64,000 nt of DNA. Source: Scenedesmus sp. PABB004. Lineage: Eukaryota. The notes beneath the pieces are model-generated. The model saw only the letters and a program-made list of their open reading frames with translations, did not search any database and was not told where the DNA came from. The DNA lies in NCBI GenBank assembly GCA_014905635.1, contig CM026547.1, positions 2,356,001-2,420,000 of the forward strand, given 5' to 3'. The position numbers and the translations under genes were made by a program. Numbering within the stretch: position 1 is the first letter of the stretch; the number at the start of each line of letters is the position of its first letter. Shown piece after piece: positions 47,124 to 57,461 of the stretch.

Positions 47124-49682
47124 CTACCACCAGGCGGCGGCGCGCGGGCGCGGCGGCGCGCGCGAAAAGTGCAGGACGCTCGAGTAGAGCGCGTCGCTCA
47201 CGGCCACGAACAGCGCCGCGCCGTCGGGGCTGAACGACGTCCCCGAAATTTCGCCAAAGAGGTCAACCTCCTGCACCCCCGCCGGCGCGCCGCCGGGGCC
47301 GAGCGCATACACGTGCACAAAGTCGGCCGGCTCCGCGGCGGCGAGCAGGGCGCCGTCGGGGCTGAAGCGCAGCGACCGCACCGCGCCCATCGCGCCGCCC
47401 AGCACGGCGAGGCTCGCGCCCGGCTGGCGCACGTCCCACAGCCGCGTCGTGGCGTCCTGCGCGGCGCGGGGCGGGCGGTGCGCGTCAGGCGGCGGCGGCG
47501 CGAGCGGCGGCGGCGTGCGCGGCAGCGGCGGGGGCCGCGGCGGGGCGGCCCCGGCTGGGCGGGCGGCGGGCGGCGGGCGGCGGTGGGCGGGCGGGTGGGC
47601 GGGTCACCTGGTTGCCGGTCGCGAGCAGCTGGCCGTCCGGGTGCCACGCGACGGCAAAGGAAAAGTCCCGGTGCCCCACCAGCTTCATGACCTGCGGCGC
47701 GCGGCGGCGGCGGCGGCGTCGACACGGCCGCGCCCGGCGGCGGGGTACCCCGGCCGGCGGGCAAGGCCCGCCCCGGCGCGGCGCGCGCACCTCGAGGCCG
47801 CTGCGCACGTCGAGCAGCAGGGTGGCGGGGTCGTCGCCCACGACCGCAACGAGGGAGCCGCCGCCGACGCTGGCGCCGTCGGGGCGCAGGCTCGCGTAGT
47901 TGACCGCCCAGGGCAGCGCGAGGCGGCCGCGCGGGCGCGCGCCGGCGACGTCAAAGAGGCGCACGCAGGCGTCGTTGTTGCTCGTCATCACGCACGCGCC
48001 CGCGCTGCCTGCGCGTGTGTGGTGTGTGTGTGTGGGGGGGGGTGGTGATGATGATGCGGCAGGGGAGAGGGCGGCAGGGGCGGCGGGGCGGGGCCGGCGC
48101 GACGTCGGCGACGGCGGGGACCCGCGGGGCGCGCGCGGCCCCTGCGCGGGGGCGCGCACATGAGTCAAAGATCTCGATGCCGTTGGTGATGCCGTTCTCG
48201 CTCTGCGTCACGCGGCAGCTGTGCCACAGCTCCGCCGCCTCCGGCCCCGCCGCGCACATGACGCGCTCGCCGCCCGACTGCGCGCCGCCGCCCGGCGGCG
48301 GGCGCTGCGCCTGCTGCTGCGCCGGCTGCTGCGCCGGCTGCGGGCGCCGCCGCACTCGTGGCGGGCCCGCGTGCGGCTGCCGCTGCTGCGGCTGCTGCGG
48401 CTGCTGCTGCTCGCGCGCCCGTGATTGTGCCTGCTCCAGCAGCGCCACGCCCGGCCACTGCTGCTGCCGGCACGCCCAGGCGCGGGGTGGCTGGCCCGGC
48501 TGCCCCAGCGGCTGCTGGGGCTGCTGGGGCTGCTGCTGCTGCTGCTGGTGCAGCTGCCACGGCCGCTCCGCCTGGGCGGCGGCCTCGTCGGGGCCGTCCC
48601 AGCCGTTCTCCGCCGTGTCCATGGCGGCGCTGTCCGCCGCCGCGGCCGCCTGCTCCGCCGCCTCCGCCGCCTCCTCCTCCTCCGAGCTCCAGCCCGGCTC
48701 GCGCTTGTCCAGCCGCGCGAGCACCAGCTCGCCTGTGAAGCCGCCGGCCGCCAGCAGCTCGCCCGCGACGCACATACTGCTCACCTGCACGCGGCGGCAG
48801 CGGCGGCGGCGGCGGCATCGGCGGCGGCATCGGCGGCGTGCTGGGGGCGCGTCGACGGCGGCTGTCGCGCCCCGCCCCGCCCCGCCCCGCCCGCGCGGGC
48901 CGGCGGCGCCGCCGGCGCGCCTGCACGCGGCCGAGCCCCGGCAGGCGCGGGCCCTTTGGCGGGCCGCGCAGGTCGAGCACGTCTCCGAGCGCGCGCGTTG
49001 CGGTGTTGAACGCGCGCACGCGGTTGTCGTGCACCACGTACACGTCGTGCGCGCTGCCCGCCCAGCAGAGGTTGCGCAGCTGGAAGTGCACGATCGACGA
49101 CGCCACGCGCCGCCAGTTGCGCACAAAGGCGTAGGGGCAGGCCGGCGCGGGCAGCGCGGGCGGCTGCGCCCAGCCCGCGAGCAGGTCGCGCCGCACCGCG
49201 GGCCAGGCGGCCTCGTCGATGACGTTGGTGTAGTTGCGGTAGCTGCTCACACGCTGCGCGCGGTAGCGCACACGCGACACCTGCGCGGCGCGGCCGTGAG
49301 CCGGCGCGGGCGCGTCGGCGCGGGCGCGGCGGCGGCGCGCGGCGGCGCAGCGCGAGCGCGCGGTGCCGGCGGCGCGCGGGCGCGAGCACGAGTGCGCGGC
49401 CACCACCGCGGCCGCGCGCGCCTGCAGGCGCTCCCACGCGATGCCCTGCAGGTCGCGCCCCGCCGCCGCCTGCTGCGCGGTCGTGTCGGCCTCCTCGAGC
49501 TCGTCGGCTTCAAACTCCTCCACCGGCTCGTCGTCGCTGCTGCTGTCGTCGCCGTCCGCCCAGCTCAGCGGCGCGCCGCCCGGCGGCGCGCAGCTGCCCG
49601 CGCGGCTCGCGCCCGCGCCGCCGCTGCCCGCGCTACTGCCGTCGGCGCCGCGCTCGCCGCGGCCGCCCGCCTCGTCCGCCAT
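47124..49682 (-). CDS. WD40 repeat protein (DUF2415 / C2A9.03-like); about 6 exons
   Basis: Motifs GRDLQGIAWE, IVHFQLRNL, AGGFTGEL, NGITNGIEI, SNNDACVR, GHRDFSFAVAWHPDG, ATGNQ|DATTRLWD, AEPADFVHVY and QEVDLFGEISG. Confidence 0.9.
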
Positions 49683-50458
49683 CGCCGGCGCCCCTGCTCC
49701 CCTGCTGCTCCTGCTCCTGCCACCTCGGCCCGCCCCGCCGGCGGCGGCCCTGCGGCGAGCGTCGACGCAGCGCGTGTCGGCGTCGGCAGCAGCGGCGCGG
49801 CGCGGCGCGCGGGCTGCGGGCTGCCGGGCGGCCTGCCCGGCCTGGCCGGGCTCGAGGCCGGTATCTGGAGGCCACCTGGCCAGCCCTGGCGCCCGGCCCG
49901 CGATTGCACGGCGCGCGCCAGGCTGCGGCACTGCAGCAGCGCGCGCCGACTGGCGCAGCGCCCACCTGCTGTCGCTCCGGGCCGGCCCACGCGAACTCCC
50001 AAGGCCCCTCCGGCGCGGGCGCGAGCTGCCGGTGCTCCGGTGCTGCCGCGGAAGCGAAAGGCCGGCGCGCTCCCTGCGTCTCGTTCGCGGCGGCGTGCGG
50101 CTGCTGCGGTGCGCCGTCTGCTGGTGCCGATCGGGCGGGCTCGGGCCTGCGCGCCGCGCCGCCGCGCTGCACCGCGCTGCACCGCCGCGCCCGCTCTCGG
50201 GCGCTGCACCGCCGCGCAAAGGGGACAGTGCGCTAGTGTTCCAACAACTCGCCCGCCATCGCAGCAGTCAACAGGAGGCCGCCACCACACACGCCGCCAG
50301 CCAGACCCGCCCACGCGCACGCGCTCGCTTGCCGCGACTCTCGCCGCCGGGCACCTCCCTCCGCCGCCGGCCGCCGTGCCGGCGCGCCCCAAGCCATCCC
50401 CCGAACGCGCCCGCCCCCGGCCCCGGCGCGCGCGCGTCGCGTCGCGTCGCCGCGGCCC

Positions 50459-51587
50459 TCACTCGTCGTCGCCGCGCCACTCGTCGTCGAGGTCGCCCGT
50501 GTCCTCGTCGTCGTCGTCGCCGCCGCGCGCGGCGGCCGAGGACTTGCTGCGCGACCCGCTCGGCCGGCTGCGGCCGCTGCCGCCGTCGGCCTTCTTGCCC
50601 TTGGTCGACATGAGCAGCGCCTCGAGGCGCTCCGCCTGCTCGCGCGACAGCTCGTTGTGGCCGAGCTTGCGCTGCTGCTGGCCCATCCAGTAGTGCAGGT
50701 GGCGCTCGCTGTCCTCGGGCGCCGTGCGGCGCGGGCGGAAGCCGTTGCGCGACACAAAGTCGTGCAGGTCGGCGAAGCGCTTCTCCCACGCGTCGGGGCC
50801 AGTCGTCTTGGTGCCGCCGCCCGCGCCGCGCTTGCGCGGCGGCGGCGCCGGCGCCGCGGGGCCGGGCGAGTCGCCGCGCTCGGGCGAGGAGATGGGGTCG
50901 CCGTACCTGCGGGCGCAAGAGCGTGCGCGAGGGGGCGCGGGAGGGCGGGGGTTGTTTTTTTGGGGGGGGGGTGTCAGCAGCAGCAGCGGCCGCCGCGGGG
51001 CCGCCGCGGGGCCGGCAGCGCGCGCTGCCGCCGCCCGCGCGCGTTCAGGCCGCCGCCGCCGCGGCCGCGGCGGCCGCCGCCGCGACCATCGCCGCTGCCG
51101 CCGGCCCTGCCCGCGCGGCCGCGGCGCGGGCTGCTGCTGCTCGCCTGCGGTAGAGGTCTGTGTTGTCGCGGATGAGGCGGATGGCCTCGCCCGGCTGCTC
51201 GCGGCCGTACACGTCGGGCAGCGCGCTGGGGTTGCCCTCGGCGTCGCAGTTGTGGATGTAGAGCGGCGCGTTGAGGCGCAGCGCCATCTCCTCGTACATC
51301 AGCACGCGCACGCCCTCCTTGCCGTTGTCGTGGAACGCCTGCGCCCGCCCGCGGCGGCGGCGCGCCGCGCGCGTCGGGCGGGCGCGCCGCGCGGCTGCGC
51401 GCCGCGCGCGCGGCGCCGCCCCGCGCCGCGCAGCGGGGCCGCGCGGCCGCGCGCCGCGGCACCCCGCCGCGCCCGCCGCCGCCGCCGCGCGGCGCCGCGC
51501 GGCGCGCACCTGCACGATGCGCTCGGGCATCGTGTCGGCCAGCTCGTCCGAGCTGAAGCCGAGCAGGTCGAAAAAGTTCTTGGCCAT
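50459..51587 (-). CDS. Small protein with a C-terminal helicase-associated (HA) domain; 3 exons
   Basis: WEKRFADLHDFVSRNG..P......LHYWMGQQQRK....LSREQAERLEAL fits the HA consensus. One GT and one GC donor. Confidence 0.7.
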
Positions 51588-52506
51588 CGTGCCCGCTCGC
51601 GCGCGCTCGCTCGCTGCGCGCGCCGCTCAACAACAGCAGCGGCCGCTGCCTGCTGCTCCGGCGGGCTCGCGCCGGCGTCGGCGCGTCGCTGTGCGCGCCG
51701 GGGCTGGGGCGGCCGTCGCGGCTCCGGGGTCGGAGCCCGAGGCGCTGGCGGGGGTGGCAGCGCGGGGCGGCCGGGGGCCGCGCTGCTGCTGCGCGCGGGT
51801 GCTGCTGATGGGGGGCCGGCGAGCGGCGCGCGAGGCTCCGCAGCCTGCGCCGCGCGGGTTCGCTGTGGCTGCCCCGGGGGCACGCCTCGGGCCAAGATCG
51901 GGCCCGGCGGTGGGCCTGTGGGCGCGGTGGGCGGGCCCCGCGGAAGCGCGAGCAGCAGCAGGCCGGTCTGCGAACAACCAGCTGCCCGCGGCGTGCGGAG
52001 GTCACTGGGAGACGGCGCACTGGGCAAACCGGCAGGGCGCGCGCCGCGCAGCGCGCGGGCAGCTCAAAAACCTTGCGGCCGCGCCCCGGCCGCGCCCGGG
52101 CGTCCCGTGCCGCCCCGCAGCGCTCAGCGCCCGCCCTCATCATCCACGGCATCGATCACCGCCCGCCGCCCGCGTCCGTGTTCGCCCCCCGCCGGCGCAG
52201 CAGCAGCGCGCGCCCGGCGCCCGCCACGCCGCACTCGCGCCTTGCCGGGCCCAACGCGCCCGCCATCGCGGCCGCAAGCCGCCGCCGGCCGCGCCCGCAT
52301 CCGCCGCGGCCGCCGCGCCGCCGGCGGGGCCCCGGCCGCCGCTGCTGCGCGCCGCCGTCGCCGTCAGCGGCCCCCGGCGCGCCGCCCGGCCCGCCCGCCC
52401 CAGGACTCGCGCCTGGGGCGCCCGGCGGCGCGCGGCGCGCGGCAGCAGCCGCCGCGCCTGGCGCACGGGCGCCGGCGCCGCGGCGCGCGGCTTGTTGTCA
52501 ATCGCG

Positions 52507-53535
52507 ATGGCGACGCTCGACAACCGCCAGTACTTTCCCAGCTTTGACGAGCTGCCGCTCATGGACGAGTTCGTGGACCCCGTCTACTACGCCGACGTGG
52601 GCGGCGGCACGATGCTGCCGACCAAGCACTGGTGCGGCCGCTCACCGGCGCCGCGCCGCGCGCCGCGGACGGCGGTCCTGCAAGGCGCGCGGCGCGGGCG
52701 GTCGTGCAAGGCGCGCGCCGCGGTCGTGCAAGGCGCGTGCCGCCGCGCCGCGCGCCGCAGGGCGTTTGTGGCCGACATCGTGGACGACAGCCTCAGCCAC
52801 GTGCGCGGCGCGGCGCGGCGCGGCGCGGCGCGCGGGTCGGCCGCCCGCCCGCCCCTCTCCCCGCCCGCCCGCCGACACGCCGCCGCCCGCCCCGCCCCGC
52901 CGCCCGGCCGTGCGGCGCGGCGCGCCGTCAGATGGCTGACTTTTTCCACCGCGTCGAGGTGCGCGACCTCACCGGCACGAGCGCGAGCGTGCTCTTCACG
53001 CCCGACCAGCGCATGAACTACGGCCAGCTGCGGCGCGGGTGCACGCTGTTTGTGCGCTACGCGGCCAAGGCCTACTTCAGCGACCTCATCACGCAGGCGC
53101 GCGCGCACCCGCGGCGCACCCGCGGCGCCAGCGCGGCGGGGCCGCCGCTGCGGGGCCGGCGCCGCGCTCTGTGCGCCCTGCGGGGTACCCGGCGCGCACG
53201 CGCTCTCCGACGCCCGTCCTTCATGCCCCCCCCCCCCCCCCCAGGTGATCAAGGTCGAGGACTGCGCGTACGTCAAGGTCATCCCCCGCCCCCTGGACGA
53301 CCTCATGATGCTCAGCGCATGGTACTTTGGCGGCTCAACCTGCGCCGCGTGCCGCGCGCCGCTCGGCGGCGCGGGCGTTGCGTGCGGCCGCTGCGAGGCG
53401 GCGCACTACTGCGGCGGCGCGTGCATGGCCGCGCACGCGCGCGAGCACGCGGCGCACTGCGGGCTGTGCGCGTCGCTGATGCAGGTGCTCAACGTGGACA
53501 TGGACAGATTCATGCAGCCCGTGCCCTTCCGCTAG
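52507..53535 (+). CDS. MYND-type zinc finger protein; 4 exons
   Basis: C-terminal CAAC...CGRC...YC...C...H...HAAHC. N-terminal [21 protein letters not shown] domain. Confidence 0.8.
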
Positions 53536-53616
53536 GGGCCGCCGCGACGGGCGCGCCGAGCCCAGCCGCCGGTGGGGCGGCGCGCGGCGGGCAGCGGCGC
53601 GGCGGCGCCGGGCGGG

Positions 53617-53661
53617 GCGCCGAGCGGCGCCGAGCGGCGCCGAGCGGCGCCGAGCGGCGCC
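53617..53661. repeat. About 4 x 10-bp tandem repeat (GCGCCGAGCG) in the convergent 3' region
   Basis: Read directly from the sequence. Confidence 0.8.
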
Positions 53662-54068
53662 GGGCTGTAGCGGGTAGCAGCACCAAACTACTCTGTGTGT
53701 GGGCCGGAGCGGCGGCACTGCCGGCGGCCCCCCCGACTCGCGGAGGGGGAGCGCCGCGGCGAGGCGTGCTGTGCCCCCTCCTGCCCTCTCTTCACGCACT
53801 CCCCCTGTCCTCAGCAGCTGCATTGCGCGCGCCCTGGGCGCCTCATCGCATGGTTTTCTCGTGGCGCCGCCGCGATCGGTCTTGTCGGGGCGAGGCCGGA
53901 GCGTGGCCCGGCGGGGTGGGGGCGAGGGCGGGGTGGGCTGGGGTGGGGTGGCGCGTGCATGCATGCCACGCGATGCTCGCGGGGCATTCCCGGTGACGCC
54001 GGTCGGCCGGGCGTTCCGCAGCACTCGCGCGCAGCGGCCGCACCGCGCGCCTCGCGGCCGTGTCACGT

Positions 54069-56590
54069 TTACACCGCCGTGGCGGCCGCCGCGTCCCTGA
54101 AGAAGTTTCGGAAGAAGCGCAGCCCCTCGGGCCCGTCGTCGCGGCACAGCACGCCGTGCAGCTCCGCCACGAGCAGCGCCTCGCGCGCGAGCGTCAGCGG
54201 CAGCGCCAGCGCGCCGCTCACGTCCGCCGCCGACAGCGCGGGGCCGAGCGCCGGCGCGCCGCCGTCGTGCGGTGCGCCGCTGCCGGCGCCGCCGGCCGCC
54301 GCCCTGCTGGCGAGCAGCGCCTCGATGCGGCGGCACAGCTGCGCGTCGCTGAACGTCGCGCCCTCCACCACGACGACGCCGCTCGCAAAGCGGCGCAGGC
54401 GCAGCGGCAGCCCCAGCTGCGGGTCGGCGGCGCCCGCGGCGTGCGGGCGGGTCGGCGCGCGGCCGCGCCGCGCCGCGCCGCGCCGCACGCGCCGCGCGCG
54501 CCGCGCGCGCGCGCACCTGGGCGGCGGCCTCGCACGCGAGCAGCAGGTCGTCGGGTGAGACGAGCTCGGTGCCGCGCGCGCGGTTGAACAGACAGTACGC
54601 GTCGGGCAGCAGCAGCACGCCGCCGGCGCGCGCGAGCGGGGCGGCGAGAAAGTCGGCGAGCTGGCGCGCGAGCTCCTGCGTGTACCGCGCGCCCGCGCTC
54701 GCGCGCGTGACGGGGCTGGTGATGCCCATCGCGATGAGCGCGAGCTGCGTGTCCGCGTCGAGCAGCAGCGCCTCGCCGCTGCCGCCGCCGCCGGGCTCGG
54801 CGCCGCCGCCGCCGCCGCCGCGGCGGCGGCGCGGCGTGCGGCAGCGGCAGCACGCTGCCGTCGGGCGCGACCACGCCGCGGAACTTCTCTGCCAGCGCGA
54901 CCATGTCGGCGGCCATGGCCATGAGGGAGCTGAGGTCGGCAAACGCGACGGTGAGGTTGGCGCTCGCCGCGCTGCTGCGCTCCGCCTCGCGCGACATGAT
55001 GCCCGCCACGCCCACGACGCCGCTGCCGCCGCCGCTGCCGCGCACGCCGTGCGCGGCGCTGCTGCCGCCACCAGGCGGCCCCGCGGGCGGCGGCCAGGCG
55101 GCGCTGCTGGGCCCGGCGCCGCCGCCGCCGCCGCCGCGCGGGGCCGCCGCCGCCGCCGGCGCCGGCCGCCGCGGACACCGACCCGACGCCCCAGCCCGGC
55201 AGCGCGCCGCCCTGCACGCCGCCCTGCAGCGCCGCGTGGTAGAGCTGCTGCTGGCGCGCGTGGAGGTGCTGCAGCTGCTGCAGCTCCGCCTTGCTGACGA
55301 GGCTGGGCTCCTGCGGCAGCGGCGCGTCCAGCGCGGCGTCGCCGTCGGCCGCCAGGATCCAGTCCAGCGCGGCCTGCATGTGCTCGCTGCGCGTGGCCAG
55401 CAGCGCACGCAGCACGCGCGGCCGCGGGAAGCCCTGGCGGCGGCGGGCGTGGCGCCCGCGGCGTCAGCGGGGCGGGGGCGCGGCGCGCCCGGGCGGCGCG
55501 GGCGGGGCGCCGCGGCGGCGCGCGCCGCGCACCATGTCGACCAGCGTGTGCAGCAGCTCCTGGTCCACCGCTTCGATCGGCGGCGGCGGCGGCGGCGCCG
55601 CGCCGGCGGGCAGGAGCGGCACGCCGCCGTACGACGACGGCGGCGGCTGGCCGCCGCCCAGGCCCGCCGCGCTGGCGGCGGGGCTGTTGCGCCCCGAGCC
55701 CGCCCACGAGCCCGGCTGCTGCTGCTGCTGCTGCTGCAGCTGCAGGCCGGACGTCAGGGGCGAAGCGGCCGCCCACTGCTGCTGCGCCTGCGACCGCTGC
55801 GCCGGCGCCGGCGGCGGCGCGGCGCGCGCCGCCTGCTCCTGCGCCTGCCGGTGCCCCGCGATGGCGGCGGTGAGGTGCTCGCTGAGCGCGTCGGGGCCCT
55901 CGCCCCGGCAGCGCAGGTGGAGGTAGCGGAACGCCGCGCTCGCTTGCACTGCGACGGCGGCGGCGGGACGCGGCGCGGCGCGGGGGCGGGCGTCGGCGTC
56001 GGCCGCAGGGCCGCCCTCGGCCGCGCCGCGCCGCGCCGCGCCGCGTCCCGCCGCGCTGCGCCGCGCCGCGCTGCCCGTCGCGGCGGCTCACTGCTGCAGG
56101 GCGTGCTTCGCATGTCGACGTAGACCTTGAGCTCGAGGCGCACCTTGGGCGCCATGAGGTTGAGGCCGTAGCCCACGCGCTTCGCGGCCCCCGCGACCGC
56201 CACGAGCGGCAGGCAGCACGACCGCCCCGGCGCGGGGCTCGCCGCCGCGTCCATCCACACCAGGCGCTGGCTGGTCATCACCACGTAGCCGCCCTGGCGG
56301 CGGCGGCGCGCGCCGCGGCGTCGGCGGCGTGCGCAGGCGGCAGCGACGGCGCGCGGCGCCGCTGCGCGCGCACCTGGTAGCGATCGGCGGTCTGGCAGCC
56401 CTCCGTGCCGCCGATGCCCTCGAACTCGAGGTCCACCTGCGAGTGGGCGCCCGCCTGAGGCCGCTGCGCGCCCGGGACGCGTACGGCGGCGCCGCCAGCG
56501 GCCGACCTTGTCCAGCAGCATGCGCTCCACCTCGCTCGCCTCCAGCTGCGGCCGCCCGCTGGGCGTGAGCTTGATGCGCGGCAGGATCAT
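54069..56590 (-). CDS. VPS36: ESCRT-II subunit VPS36 with internal UBA domain; 6 exons, 2 apparent frameshifts
   Basis: GLUE-type N-terminus ([15 protein letters not shown]), then [48 protein letters not shown] and [15 protein letters not shown]. Confidence 0.92.
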
Positions 56591-56768
56591 CGCGCGCCGC
56601 TGCCGCCGCCGCGCGGTGCCGCGCCGTAGGCGAGCGGCGCTGCTGCCGTTGCTGCCGAAGCCCCACGCCCGTGTCCAGCCGCCAGCTGCTGCACCCGCCA
56701 CCCGAAAGGATGGGGAGCTCGAGTGCGGCGGTGCGACGGCGCGGCGGTTGCGAGCGCCGGCGCAGGGT

Positions 56769-56773
56769 TTACA
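56769..56773 (-). promoter_or_regulatory. TGTAA polyadenylation signal of the site-1 protease gene
   Basis: TTACA on the + strand, about 105 nt downstream of the S1P stop codon. Confidence 0.55.
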
Positions 56774-56878
56774 GCACACCCGACCAGTGCCGGGTGCCGG
56801 CCTGGGCCGCCGCCCCCCAGCGCTCGCGCGCGAGGCGCGCGTCCCGAACACACACAGCGCGTCTCTGCCGCGCCGCAG

Positions 56879-57417
56879 CTACGCCTCGGACGGCGAGGGC
56901 GAGCGCCGCACGGCCCCGTAGCCCCACCGCCGCGCCGCCCACTTGCGCGGCGGCGCGCCCGCGGCGCGCATGCGCCACATGACCACCACGCCCGCGACGC
57001 CGGCGACGCAGATGATGCTGGCGAGGCTCACCGCCTGGCTCGTGAACGCGCGGCGCTGCCCCTGCTGCCGCCGCTCGTCGGCGAGCGACGAGTGCGCGCC
57101 CTGCGTCGCCAGCGCGCCGCCGTCGCCCGGCTCCGCGCCGCCGCCGTGCGAGAGCGCGTCGTCCATGAGCTGCCCCGAGTCCACCGTGTCGCGCGGCGCC
57201 CCGTCCGCCTGCTGCACCGCCTGGCCGCCCTGCCCCTGCGCCGCGGCCGGCAGCGGCTCGGCGTAGGGGTCGGCCTTGTCGTCGGCCGCGCCACCCGCGT
57301 CGTCGGAGTCGTCTGGCGGCACGCCGCCGCCGCCGCCCGCGGCCGTCTGGCCGTCCTGCTGCTGCATGGGCGTGCCGTCCCCGGTGGAGGGCGTCGCCAG
57401 CGGCGCGGCGCCGCCCG

Positions 57418-57461
<44 letters not shown>

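Noticed and set aside
48175..48780. Cys-rich metallothionein-like ORFs on opposite strands (also near 15750-16080 and 57420-57475)
   Set aside because: These are antisense readings of CAG/poly-Gln tracts.
50620..50790. HA domain as a marker of a helicase-bearing mobile or viral element
   Set aside because: No helicase, transposase or terminal repeats are present. The gene has host-like GC and introns.
40918..53661. Short direct repeats as a possible CRISPR array
   Set aside because: Units are 10-18 bp, tandem or with tiny spacers. There are no cas genes and the context is eukaryotic.
54069..54073. TGTAA overlapping the VPS36 stop codon as a poly(A) signal
   Set aside because: It arises from GTG-TAA coding sequence and may be coincidental. 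It cannot be supported without 3' end data.
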